The translations under genes were made by a program, and so were the position numbers. Below, one piece after another: positions 37,001-45,230 of a stretch of DNA of 64,000 nucleotides (its first letter is position 1; every line of letters starts with the position of its first letter). The notes below the pieces were generated by a model that saw nothing but the letters and a program-made list of their open reading frames with translations, did not search any database and was not told the origin of the DNA. Source of the stretch: an uncultured bacterium (lineage in GTDB: Bacteria; Verrucomicrobiota; Kiritimatiellia; RFP12; UBA1067); contig CADCCW010000002.1 of the NCBI GenBank assembly GCA_902800055.1, forward strand, positions 6,169 to 70,168, given 5' to 3'.

Positions 37001-38753
37001 GCACGTCCGCTACTTGCTCGACTCTTCCGCGGCGTTCGTCCGCTCGCCGCGCGAGTGGACCGTCACCAACCGGGTGGTGAAGAAGATCCTCGACTACACC
37101 GGCAAGAAGCAGTCCGCCGAACTGCGCTTCGACTTCAACCCCGCGGTCGAGGCGGTGGGGATCATGGAGGCGTCGGTGAGCAACCTCGACGGCCGGGTGT
37201 ACTTCGCCTCCGAGCGCGAGTCCAACACCATGGACGCGGGCTGGGCGGCGTCCGCCCCGCGCTACCCCGCCTCGAAGATCGTCGTCGTCAACCTGCCGTC
37301 GGTCGAGATCGGCAGCGTCGTCTCCTACACGGTGGTCCGCGCCGTCACCAACGCCCCCGCGCCGTTCTACGCCGTCAGGTACTTCGACTCGCGCTCGCCG
37401 CTCGAGCGCCGCGTGGTGCAGGTGGACGGCTGGCGGCGCGAGGTCGTCTCGCCCCGCCGGCTGGCGCGGGAGCCGAACCAGCCCGACGATACGCTCTGGC
37501 GCGACTGCGAGATATTCTCCGCCGGCGGCTTCGACGACGTCCGTCCCGCGCTGCTGGCGGCGGCCGACGTCGGCGAGGTCGATCCCAGGTCGCTGCCCGG
37601 ACTGGACGGCGACCACGTCGACGTGAAGGCGATCCGCGACTGGATGGCGATCAACGTCAAGGTCGCGGGGCCGTCGCTCTACGAAGTGCCGGTCGAGGCG
37701 CAGCTGACGCCGCCGGAGACGGTCCTGAAGGAGCGCTACGCCTCGCGGCTCGACTACGTGCGCACGCTCGCGGCGCTGCTTAAGGGGGCGGGCTACCGGG
37801 CGGACGTGGTGTTCGCCGCCGACAACGCGGGCGAGGGCGCTGCCGCGCGCCGCCGCGACATGGAGGAGAAGCCGAATGTGCGCGCCTTCTCCTACGCGCT
37901 CTGCCGCGTGACCGAGCGGATCGGCGGCTTCCTCTGGTTCGGCGGCGAGAAGCGTGTCACCTACATCGGCACCGAGAACCACTACGCGCCGCTGGGACTG
38001 ACCGCGTACCGCGGCGCCGACTGCTACGACCCGGCCGCCGGCGCCTTCGACCGCGTCACGGCTCCTTCGCCGGAATTCGCGCCGTTCGTCCACGACTGCA
38101 CCGTCTATACCGTCGGCGAGACGGGAGCCGTCGACGTCGTCTCGGTGACGCTCACCAGCGGACCGGCCGTCGCTGCCTTCCGCCGCCGCTACTCCGAGCT
38201 GCTGCCGGAGGAGTTTCGCCGCCACTACCAGCGCATCCTGAGCGAGCTCGCGAAGTCCGCCGTCGCCACCGGCCCGCTCGTCGCCGACGTCACCAACTAT
38301 CCGGCGCGGCTCGAGTTTGCCTGCACGGTGCCGGACCTGGCGACGGTGACCGACGGGGTGATCGAGCTGGAGATCCCGGGACTGTCCAGCGCGGTGCCAG
38401 TGGTGGCCGGCAACGAGCTTCGGCGCACGCCGTACGGCGTCGCCAACGGCGAAGGAGCGCTTTTCGAGGCGGTGGTGCGCTTCCCCGAGGGCTACACCGA
38501 AATCGAGCATTTGCCCGCGGCAATCGACTTCTCCGCCGTCGGGCCGGACGGCGACGGTCCGCACTGGATGAAATGCGACGTCGCGCACCGGATTGTCGAC
38601 GGTCGGCTGGAGGTGACGGTGAGCCGGCGGATTTTCCCGCGACTGGACGAGATCTACCCGCCGTCGCAGTTCGGGCTTTTCCGCGAGTGGAGCCGCCTTG
38701 CGACTGCGCGCGCCAACCGCACCGTCGTCGTCCGCAAGCGGAGGGAGCAGTGA
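34017..38753 (+). CDS. fusion protein: CHR-family chromate transporter (ChrA, two CHR halves) + large DUF3857/transglutaminase-like cysteine-protease-type domain
   Basis: Residues 1-~345: two CHR repeats (FVVGGGYAII..W..E..PG..GRRLAGVAGA and FGGGFVLVPMYM..EFADLVALTQMTPGPIGVNAATFFGYRLAGVAGA) ending in the CHR C-terminal KKPNPVLLIV helix. Residues ~350-1578: DUF3857-like region then transglutaminase core (YGVCRDKAALLVAMLRLAGF..NHAIAA..DPTNE). No stop codon anywhere in 4.7 kb; GTG start overlaps the queD stop. Confidence 0.6.
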   Translation: MKRLLEIFWEFFRVSLFVVGGGYAIIAVADAACARRKWTREGELVEALPVFQMVPGLIAAHTAVYVGRRLAGVAGAAVGVFAVALPSVAIFTLVSAGYDGAPLGNPWVASAFTGLRAALVGIIAATLVRGWRRSLPDFKSHVYMVLALAALFLGVPVWQVVLVAVAAGLMTALAPARSAEGGERRFRSSLVPFLLFLEYGALCFGGGFVLVPMYMQDFVGASAPFLGIDEGEFADLVALTQMTPGPIGVNAATFFGYRLAGVAGALAASAALLLPGSVLAYLAFSSLERFRFSRFVAGVLNCVRPVSTALMLFALLAFAGTCVFGDGGLNFAAAAIAVAVALIMTTKKPNPVLLIVLSAFVALAVRADDVTLEKFPDADTVVVDECERVEYRPDGTYDSVSWSKTKILTECGRREEGVVSLSYSKRYGEAAIEYVGIIGPDGAEREVDVSTTTKETTDNDAMASNIYDPLDRRIVCTVPGLAVGDTLHVRTRRRALKPRCEGMWSDISVMEWSRPILRSVYEVVAPKERPLRKVLVRHPLGNVARSERALEDGSTLYTFVATNSPRCFPEPDMPPLYTQVQNVRVSTAADWQEVSRWYAELCAPHIAKTNAEMTAMVEGFRAECGGDRQALMRRVFRFVSQEVRYMGLTMEDTSPGYAPHDVDITFDNRYGVCRDKAALLVAMLRLAGFKAFPVLIHVGAKLDPEVPQPFFNHAIAAAEGEGDSGYVLMDPTNENTADLLPAYLGDRSYLVCRAEGEGLMTTPVESPERNGVTIRSRGTLAKGGSVFLETEIKCRGINDTAYRGAMARRTGEDRTRLVERMLSAVVPGAQLVSLTVTPTDMRDTETPVSFHLAATFPDLVLEGETMDELRVPFVGAAFGVANYLLVDNVTLERRRFPLVIDTTAGVDEQVEIDLGGNLGRWRGNAAESSAEVPGRFLFRRGSAVTNGVLVARRIAALPATEISPDEYVQLRGALKRTEAIGRENPAFDRDQDADAHVRYLLDSSAAFVRSPREWTVTNRVVKKILDYTGKKQSAELRFDFNPAVEAVGIMEASVSNLDGRVYFASERESNTMDAGWAASAPRYPASKIVVVNLPSVEIGSVVSYTVVRAVTNAPAPFYAVRYFDSRSPLERRVVQVDGWRREVVSPRRLAREPNQPDDTLWRDCEIFSAGGFDDVRPALLAAADVGEVDPRSLPGLDGDHVDVKAIRDWMAINVKVAGPSLYEVPVEAQLTPPETVLKERYASRLDYVRTLAALLKGAGYRADVVFAADNAGEGAAARRRDMEEKPNVRAFSYALCRVTERIGGFLWFGGEKRVTYIGTENHYAPLGLTAYRGADCYDPAAGAFDRVTAPSPEFAPFVHDCTVYTVGETGAVDVVSVTLTSGPAVAAFRRRYSELLPEEFRRHYQRILSELAKSAVATGPLVADVTNYPARLEFACTVPDLATVTDGVIELEIPGLSSAVPVVAGNELRRTPYGVANGEGALFEAVVRFPEGYTEIEHLPAAIDFSAVGPDGDGPHWMKCDVAHRIVDGRLEVTVSRRIFPRLDEIYPPSQFGLFREWSRLATARANRTVVVRKRREQ

Positions 38754-39430
38754 GGCCGCGCCGCCGGGAGCGCCTTTCCGACGCGATTGCGGGGCGGATT
38801 CTCTACGAGGACCGCGACCTCGTCGTCGTCGACAAGCCGGCTGGGATGCTGACTACGCACACGCGGCTCGAGGGCCGCGCCGCGCGCGAGGCGCAGCTTA
38901 CCGTGGAGAACTGCCTCAACGACTATCTGCGCAAGGGACAGGCGCGCAGCCGCCTTCGGGTGTGGCTTGTCCACCGCCTCGACCGCGAGACGAGCGGGGT
39001 GATGATGTTCGCGAAGTCCGAGGAGGTGGCGGAGCATTTCCGCGCCGACTGGGCGAATCTCACCGAGAAGACGTACCTCGCGGACGTGGAAGGGGAGCTC
39101 GCCGAGGAGTCGGGCGAGTTCCGGAGCTTCCTCAAGGAGGACGCGGACGGCTACCGGGTGCGGTCGGTGAAGAAGGGGACGCCGGGTGCGAAGGAGGCGA
39201 TAACCAGGTGGCGGCGGCTTGGCGCCGGCAAGGGATTTACGCAAGTCGAGGCGACGCTGGTCTCCGGACGCAAGAACCAGATCCGCGTCCATTTCGCAGA
39301 GGCGGGGCATCCGGTCGTCGGCGACGTCAAGTACGGCGCGGCGCGCGCCGACCGCCTGCATCTCCACTCCCACCGCCTTGCGTTCATCCATCCCCGCACC
39401 GGCAAGCGGATGGAGTTCGCCGCCGATTGA
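38750..39430 (+). CDS. RluA-family pseudouridine synthase
   Basis: VVVDKPAGMLT, HRLDRETSGVMMFAK (catalytic Asp), GRKNQIRVHFA motifs. GTG start overlapping the stop of the upstream gene; the track ORF 38573.. is over-extended. Confidence 0.75.
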   Translation: MRPRRRERLSDAIAGRILYEDRDLVVVDKPAGMLTTHTRLEGRAAREAQLTVENCLNDYLRKGQARSRLRVWLVHRLDRETSGVMMFAKSEEVAEHFRADWANLTEKTYLADVEGELAEESGEFRSFLKEDADGYRVRSVKKGTPGAKEAITRWRRLGAGKGFTQVEATLVSGRKNQIRVHFAEAGHPVVGDVKYGAARADRLHLHSHRLAFIHPRTGKRMEFAAD

Positions 39431-39505
39431 CGCGGTGGCGGTGGCGGGGAACGGGTAATTATGGTATACTACAAACAAACAACTAAACAACACGGGAGGT
39501 AAATC

Positions 39506-40426
39506 ATGACTGGAAGCCTGGTATTCTTCGCCATCGTGGCCGCAATAGTGCTGGTGGCAATTCTCAAGACCGCGGTGATCGTGCCGCAGAAGACCGCGTA
39601 TATCGTGGAGCGGCTCGGGCGCTACCGCTGCACCCTCGACGCCGGCTTCCACATCCTCATCCCGTTCCTCGACCGCATCGCCTACCGCCACACCCTGAAG
39701 GAGCAGGCGATCGACGTGCCGCCGCAGGAGTGCATCACCAAGGACAACATCGCCGTCTCCGTCGACGGCATCCTCTACATGCAGGTGATGGACCCGGCGA
39801 AGGCGTCCTACGGCATCGGCAACTACCTCTTCGCCACCACCCAGCTCGCGCAGACCACGATGCGCTCCGAGATGGGCAAGCTCGACCTCGACCGCTCCTT
39901 CGAGGAGCGCACCGCGATCAACCAGGCGATCGTCTCGGCGGTGGACAAGGCGAGCGACCCCTGGGGCATCAAGGTGACGCGCTACGAGATCAAGAACATC
40001 ACCCCTCCGCAGTCGATCCGCGACGCGATGGAGAAGCAGATGCGCGCCGAGCGCGAGAAGCGCGCGATGATCGCCGAGTCCGAGGGCGAGCGCCAGTCGA
40101 AGATCAACCGCGCCGAGGGCGAGCGCCAGCAGGCCATCGCGCTCTCCGAGGGCGAGCGGGCGCGGCGCATCAACGAGGCCGAGGGCAAGGCGAAGGAGAT
40201 CCTGCTCGTCGCCGAGGCCCAGGCGACCGGCATCACCAAGGTCGCCGAGGCGATCAACGGCAAGGGCGGCATCGAGTCCGTCAACATGCAGCTCGCTCAG
40301 CAGTACCTCGCCCAGTTCGGCAACCTCGCCAAGACCAACAACACGATGATCATCCCGTCGGACCTCGCGAACGTCGCCGGAGTCCTCAAGGCCTGCACTA
40401 GCATCGTGAAGAAGGCGGAGGCCTGA
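39506..40426 (+). CDS. SPFH/band-7 (stomatin/prohibitin-like) membrane protein
   Basis: N-terminal TM, SPFH domain, C-terminal coiled-coil with AEGERQ repeats. Confidence 0.8.
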   Translation: MTGSLVFFAIVAAIVLVAILKTAVIVPQKTAYIVERLGRYRCTLDAGFHILIPFLDRIAYRHTLKEQAIDVPPQECITKDNIAVSVDGILYMQVMDPAKASYGIGNYLFATTQLAQTTMRSEMGKLDLDRSFEERTAINQAIVSAVDKASDPWGIKVTRYEIKNITPPQSIRDAMEKQMRAEREKRAMIAESEGERQSKINRAEGERQQAIALSEGERARRINEAEGKAKEILLVAEAQATGITKVAEAINGKGGIESVNMQLAQQYLAQFGNLAKTNNTMIIPSDLANVAGVLKACTSIVKKAEA

Positions 40427-40427
40427 G

Positions 40428-42326
40428 ATGCGCGCCGCGCCCTGCGTCCTCGCGAAGGCGGCGGTTCTCGCGCTCGTGTCCGCGTCCGTGACCGCTTTTG
40501 CCGCGGACGTCCCCGGGCCTTCCTGCTCCGGCTTCGGCTACCGGGTGGTGAGGGGTCGCGTCGGCGACGCCATCGACCGCACAATCGCCAACCAGCTGGC
40601 CAAGGAGGACATGGACTACATCGTCGCCCCGTTCGCGACCGACAACGAGCGGCGCGGGCTCTGGCGCACCGAGTTCTGGGGCAAATACATGCATTCCGCC
40701 GCGCCGCTTTTCGCCTACAGCGGCTGCGCGAGGCTCAAGGCCAACATGGACTCGAGCGTGAAGGCGGTCCTCGCCGCACAGGAGCCGTCCGGCTACATCG
40801 GCAACTACCCGGACGACAAGCGCTGCGGCGCGGGCTGGGACGTGTGGGGGATGAAGTACACGATGATGGGGCTCATCCACTACTACGACGCCACCGGGTC
40901 GAAGGAGGCTCTCGACGCGGCGCTTAGGCTATGCGACTACCTTGCTGGCGAACTCGGTCCCGACGGCCGCCGCAAGCGCCCGCTCGCCAAGACCGGCGCG
41001 TGCTCGGGCATGCCGTCCCTTTCCAACCTCGAGCCGGTGATGTGGCTCTACAACCGCACCAAGGAGCCGCGCGTCCTCAAGTTCGCCGACTACATCGTCG
41101 CGCAGATGGACGACCCCAAGGTCGGCCCCGAGCTGATCCGCTCCGCCCTGGCCGGAATCGAGGTGTGGCGGCGGCAGAACCCTGACCGCGAGAAGCAGGA
41201 CTGCTGGAAGGGCGGCGAAGACCGGCTCAAGGCGTACGAGATGATGAGCTGCTACCAGGGGCTTCTGGAGTACTGGCAGGTGACCGGCCGCAAGGACTGC
41301 CTCGACGCGGCGGTGGCGTCCGCCAACTCCATCGCGAAGGGCGAGGTCAACCTCGCCGGCGGCTCGTGCACCTGCGAACACTGGTTCCACGGCGCGCTCA
41401 AGCAGTACCAGCCGTACGTCCATCTCCAGGAGACGTGCGTGACCACCACCTGGCTGCGGCTCCTCGAGAAGCTCCTCGAGGTGACGATGGACCCGAAGTG
41501 GGCGGACGAGTTCGAGAAGACCTTCTTCAACGCATATCTCGCTGCGTGCCGTCCCGACGGCGGCGAGTTCGCCATGTACACTCCGCTCTCCGGCAGCCGC
41601 TGGCATGGGCAGCACCACTGCCGGATGCACACGAATTGCTGCAACGAGAACGGTCCGCGCGGCTTCGTCTCGTTCCTGCGCACCGCCGCGTTCGCGAAGG
41701 GCGACGCGTTCTACCTGAACCAGTACGTCTCCGGCATCGCCGAGGCGTCGCTCGCCGACGGGCGCAAGGTCGGCTTCGACGTCTACACGCTCTATCCCGC
41801 CGAGGAAGGGGTGCAGATCGCGGCCCGCGCCGCCGGCAAGTACAAGCTCGTCCTGCGCATCCCGGCGTGGTGCAGGAAGCCAGTCGTTAAGCTGAACGAC
41901 AAGGATCTTGAGGGCGTCAAGCCGGGCTACTTCGAGATCGACCGCGAATGGCAGGCGGGGGACATGGTAGTCGCCTGGTTCCCGATGGACGTCGTCGCGC
42001 ACGTCCTCGACGGCCATGTCGCCTTCACCCGCGGTCCTGTACTGTTGGCGCGCGACTCTCGCTTCGGCGGCGACGTCGCCGAGACGGTCAGCGAGGCGCT
42101 TTCCGACGGCAGCATAGTGGGCGGCTCGCTGCTGGTGCGTCCGCCGGAAGACGCGATCGCGATGGCGGTCACGGCTCCGCTGCGCCTCGGCCTCCACTCC
42201 TCCAACCCCGACGGCGCCAGGCAGTCGCAGGTCACGTTCTGCGACTACGCGAGCGCGGGCTCGGAATGGCGGCCGGGCAACTACTACCGCACCTGGTTCG
42301 AGCTCGAGCAGCGACCTTGGGAATGA
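40428..42326 (+). CDS. glycoside hydrolase family 127 (DUF1680, beta-L-arabinofuranosidase-like), secreted
   Basis: Signal peptide; Cys/Glu cluster typical of GH127 (GGSCTCEHWFHG, HTNCCNENGPRG); length 632 aa. Confidence 0.65.
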   Translation: MRAAPCVLAKAAVLALVSASVTAFAADVPGPSCSGFGYRVVRGRVGDAIDRTIANQLAKEDMDYIVAPFATDNERRGLWRTEFWGKYMHSAAPLFAYSGCARLKANMDSSVKAVLAAQEPSGYIGNYPDDKRCGAGWDVWGMKYTMMGLIHYYDATGSKEALDAALRLCDYLAGELGPDGRRKRPLAKTGACSGMPSLSNLEPVMWLYNRTKEPRVLKFADYIVAQMDDPKVGPELIRSALAGIEVWRRQNPDREKQDCWKGGEDRLKAYEMMSCYQGLLEYWQVTGRKDCLDAAVASANSIAKGEVNLAGGSCTCEHWFHGALKQYQPYVHLQETCVTTTWLRLLEKLLEVTMDPKWADEFEKTFFNAYLAACRPDGGEFAMYTPLSGSRWHGQHHCRMHTNCCNENGPRGFVSFLRTAAFAKGDAFYLNQYVSGIAEASLADGRKVGFDVYTLYPAEEGVQIAARAAGKYKLVLRIPAWCRKPVVKLNDKDLEGVKPGYFEIDREWQAGDMVVAWFPMDVVAHVLDGHVAFTRGPVLLARDSRFGGDVAETVSEALSDGSIVGGSLLVRPPEDAIAMAVTAPLRLGLHSSNPDGARQSQVTFCDYASAGSEWRPGNYYRTWFELEQRPWE

Positions 42327-42359
42327 TTTGACGATTTTTCAAACGAAAGGAACAACGAC

Positions 42360-44177
42360 ATGAAAACGAGAATGATGATCACCGCCGCGTTCGCCGCGGC
42401 CGCGCTCGCCGCCTCCGCGTTCACCGCCGAGGCCCCCAAGACCAAGCCGGCCAAGCCCGCCGGCGAGGCGCCGTCCAAGGTCTACGCCACGATCGAGATA
42501 GCCGGCTCCGAGGAGCTGACTGCGTTCGCGATGGACTACTCCAAGCGCATCGAGGCCCAGCAGCTGGGGCTGTTCTCGGCGATGGCCATGTCCGGCGAGC
42601 CGATGAAGACATTCGGCCCGACGCCGAAGGATAGCGAGGCGGCGATCGCGGTGTTTGGCCCCGCCCAGCCGCCGGCCGACTTCGCGGAGGCGACGAACTT
42701 CTCGTTCGCGGTCTTCTATCCGCTCTCCCGCAAGAAGGACGAGATCCTCGCCGGCAATCCCAAGCTCAAGGAGAAGGATGGACTTGTCCGCCTCCCTGGC
42801 TGGTACGGCAAATCCGCCTACGCCGCGATTGGCGACGGGCTCGCCGCCATCTCCACCGACCGCCGTGTCGCGGAAAAACTCAAGGACCCCGCGCTCGCCG
42901 CGAAGATGGCAGCGTCCTGCGGCGTCTACGCCAAGGGCAGGCTCGTCCAGATCACGCTCCGCCGTCCCGCGCTCGACATGCTCGCCTCCGCCGCCGCCAA
43001 GCAGTTCGCCAAGCAGTTAGAGGATAGCGACTACGAGAACATCGCCAAGTCGAAGCCGATGGTCGAAGAGTGCATGAAACTGCTTAAGGAGATTGACCGC
43101 ATGTCCCTCGCCATCGAGACGGAGAAGGACGCGCTGCTTGTCAAGATTGGCGCCGACTGCCGCGAAGGCGGCAGGCTGGTGAAGTGCTACGGAGGCGGGC
43201 TCCCCGCCCAGGCGCTTGACTTCGGTCGCATCCCCGACGACGCGCTTGGTTTCTCGTCCGGCATCAACGGCTACGGTCTGCTGCCGGAGAGCGTGTTCCG
43301 CGAGCAGAACTGGGTCAACCAGCTGTCCCAGGGCCTGTCCGAGATTGCCAAGGAGTCGTCCGACGCCAAGGTCAAGACTCTCTGCGCGGCCGTCTCTAGC
43401 TCGCTCAAGAAGATTTCCGACAAGTGTCCGTTGCCGCGCGACGGCGAGTGGGCGATGGCCTTCCTCTGCAGCGACTTCGCTGGCAGCTTCCTGCTCGACT
43501 GCATCGGCGGCGAGGACCCGCGCGATGCCGAGTTCCTCGCGCTGGTGGACGGCGAGTTCGCCGCGATGTCCGATGCGGCCAAGGTCGCCTATCCCGGCAA
43601 GACCTTCGTGACGTCGAAGAAGGACGGCTCGCGCTACCAGTACACGGTCGACCTTGACGCGATTGCGGCCGTCGCCAACGATGACGCCAAGGAAGCGGAG
43701 AAGGACGTGATGGAGCTTTTCAAGAAGGCCTTCGGCTCTGGCAAGGCGGTGGTGGAGCTTGACTCTCCCAAGGGCAAGGCGTCGCGGCTGGTGGTCCGTT
43801 CCGAGAAGGGCGCCGACTCGTTCAAGGCGACCGACGTGCAGAAGCGTCGGATGGAGACGGCGTTCCCGAACATCTTCGGCAAGGAGAAGGTGTGTGCCTG
43901 CGGCCGCGTCGACACCTGTGGCATCGTTCGCTTCGTTGCCGCCTTTGCCGACGTGATCGATCCCGCCGCGGTCAGCGGCCTGCTGCCCAAGGATGGTACG
44001 CCCGGCTTCGCCTGGGTGTCGACCTGGAAGGACAAGAGCTTCGCCGGTACGATTCGCCTGCCCGACGCCGACATCCGCGCGATCACGACCATCTCGCAGC
44101 TCGCCAACGCCGGCGCCGACGACGACGATGATGACGAAGAAGACGTCGACGACGAGTCCGACGAGGACGAAGAGTAG
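42360..44177 (+). CDS. secreted hypothetical protein with poly-acidic C-terminal tail
   Basis: Signal peptide (MKTRMMITAAFAAAALAASAF); 605 aa; ends DDDDDDEEDVDDESDEDEE; no family recognised. Confidence 0.5.
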   Translation: MKTRMMITAAFAAAALAASAFTAEAPKTKPAKPAGEAPSKVYATIEIAGSEELTAFAMDYSKRIEAQQLGLFSAMAMSGEPMKTFGPTPKDSEAAIAVFGPAQPPADFAEATNFSFAVFYPLSRKKDEILAGNPKLKEKDGLVRLPGWYGKSAYAAIGDGLAAISTDRRVAEKLKDPALAAKMAASCGVYAKGRLVQITLRRPALDMLASAAAKQFAKQLEDSDYENIAKSKPMVEECMKLLKEIDRMSLAIETEKDALLVKIGADCREGGRLVKCYGGGLPAQALDFGRIPDDALGFSSGINGYGLLPESVFREQNWVNQLSQGLSEIAKESSDAKVKTLCAAVSSSLKKISDKCPLPRDGEWAMAFLCSDFAGSFLLDCIGGEDPRDAEFLALVDGEFAAMSDAAKVAYPGKTFVTSKKDGSRYQYTVDLDAIAAVANDDAKEAEKDVMELFKKAFGSGKAVVELDSPKGKASRLVVRSEKGADSFKATDVQKRRMETAFPNIFGKEKVCACGRVDTCGIVRFVAAFADVIDPAAVSGLLPKDGTPGFAWVSTWKDKSFAGTIRLPDADIRAITTISQLANAGADDDDDDEEDVDDESDEDEE

Positions 44178-44179
44178 TC

Positions 44180-44857
44180 CTATCTGCCGGCGCCGAGGCG
44201 TCCGCTGATTTCGGCGAGGTGGCGGACGAGGTGGCGGTCGAGGGTGCGCTCGAGGAAGGGAATCACCTCGTGGCGCACTTTGTTGCGCTCGATGGAGACG
44301 TCGGCGTTCGACGCGTCCTCGCGCCATTCCTCGCCGTACTTCCTGAGATACTCCTTGAGCTCCGAGTCGCGGCAGCCTAAGAGCGGGCGGACGAACCTGA
44401 CGCCTTCGACTTCGCTGGTCGCGCGGATGCCGGCGAGCGAGGCGCGGCGGAGCTTCATGAGGAAGGTCTCGGCGACGTCGTCCATGTGGTGGCCAGTGGC
44501 GATCGCGTCGAGCTTCAGCGACTTCGCGCACTTCGCGAAGAACGCGAGGCGCACGCGCCGCGCGGCCATCTCCACCGATTCGCCGCGTCGCCTGGCGACA
44601 TTGGCGTGGACGCCGCGGAATGGAAGGCCGAGCCGCTTCGCGAGCGCCTTCACGAACCGGTACTCCTCCGCGCTTTCGCGCCGGAGGCCGTGGTCGACGT
44701 GCAGGACGACGAACCGTTTCGCCGCGTTGCGCTTGGTGCCGCCCTTGGTGAGCAGGAACGCGAGTGCCACCGAATCGGCTCCGCCGCTGACGGCGAGCCC
44801 GATTTTTCCCGGGGGGAGGATGGATCTATCAATCTTCACGGTTGCACAGTATATCAT
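44180..44857 (-). CDS. tilS: tRNA(Ile)-lysidine synthetase, N-terminal PP-loop ATPase domain
   Basis: SGGADS PP-loop, VLHVDHGLR, only minus-strand gene in the window; 225 aa (short form). Confidence 0.75.
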   Translation of the reverse strand: MIYCATVKIDRSILPPGKIGLAVSGGADSVALAFLLTKGGTKRNAAKRFVVLHVDHGLRRESAEEYRFVKALAKRLGLPFRGVHANVARRRGESVEMAARRVRLAFFAKCAKSLKLDAIATGHHMDDVAETFLMKLRRASLAGIRATSEVEGVRFVRPLLGCRDSELKEYLRKYGEEWREDASNADVSIERNKVRHEVIPFLERTLDRHLVRHLAEISGRLGAGR

Positions 44858-44872
44858 ATTTTTGGTATACTA
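44841..44872 (+). promoter_or_regulatory. promoter TTGCAC-N18-TATACT (TTTTTGGTATACTAC) for the tRNA cluster
   Basis: -35/-10 with 18-nt spacer, ~20 nt upstream of the first tRNA. Confidence 0.55.
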
Positions 44873-44891
44873 CGCTCCAATCGTTCGGAAA

Positions 44892-44965
44892 GCGGGCGTA
44901 GCTCAATGGCAGAGCTCCAGCCTTCCAAGCTGGCTACGAGGGTTCGATTCCCTTCGCCCGCTCCA
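44892..44965 (+). tRNA. tRNA-Gly (anticodon UCC)
   Basis: 74 nt, cloverleaf GCGGGCG..CGCCCGC acceptor, anticodon loop CUUCCAA, TPsiC GGTTCGATTCC, encoded CCA. Confidence 0.85.
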
Positions 44966-44979
44966 GAAGGAAAGTTCAA

Positions 44980-45065
44980 GCCAGGGTGGCGTAATGGCAG
45001 CCGCGGCAGACTCAAAATCTGCTGCACGAAAGTGCGTGCGGGTTCGAGTCCCGCCTCTGGCACCA
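44980..45065 (+). tRNA. tRNA-Leu (anticodon CAA)
   Basis: 86 nt, long variable arm, anticodon loop CTCAAAA, GGTTCGAGTCC T-loop, encoded CCA. Confidence 0.8.
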
Positions 45066-45096
45066 ACCGAAGCCGGACGGGCAAAAATAGCAAGCT

Positions 45097-45186
45097 GGAG
45101 GGGTGTCCGAGTGGTCGATGGTGCAACCTTGGAAAGGTTGTGTGGGGGCAACTCCACCGGGGGTTCGAATCCCCCCCCCTCCGCCA
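45097..45186 (+). tRNA. tRNA-Ser (anticodon GGA)
   Basis: 90 nt, long variable arm, anticodon loop TTGGAAA, GGTTCGAATCC T-loop, encoded CCA. Confidence 0.8.
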
Positions 45187-45202
45187 GCTGCACCGCAAGG
45201 GC

Positions 45203-45220
45203 GGATTTTTGGTATAAAGA
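45203..45220 (+). promoter_or_regulatory. extended -10 promoter GGATTTTTGGTATAAAG upstream of the ABC transporter operon
   Basis: Conserved motif (TATAAA variant), 12 nt upstream of ATG 45231. Confidence 0.45.
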
Positions 45221-45230
45221 GGAATCAAAA

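Noticed and set aside
33819-38588. 1589-aa ORF on the minus strand antisense to the ChrA-fusion gene. Similar long minus-strand ORFs occur at 1087..3237, 7593..9929, 30145..33267, 53057..55336 and 55269..57101.
   Set aside because: Arg/Ala/Gly-rich low-complexity translations typical of antisense frames in high-GC DNA. The + strand frames carry clearly recognisable protein families.
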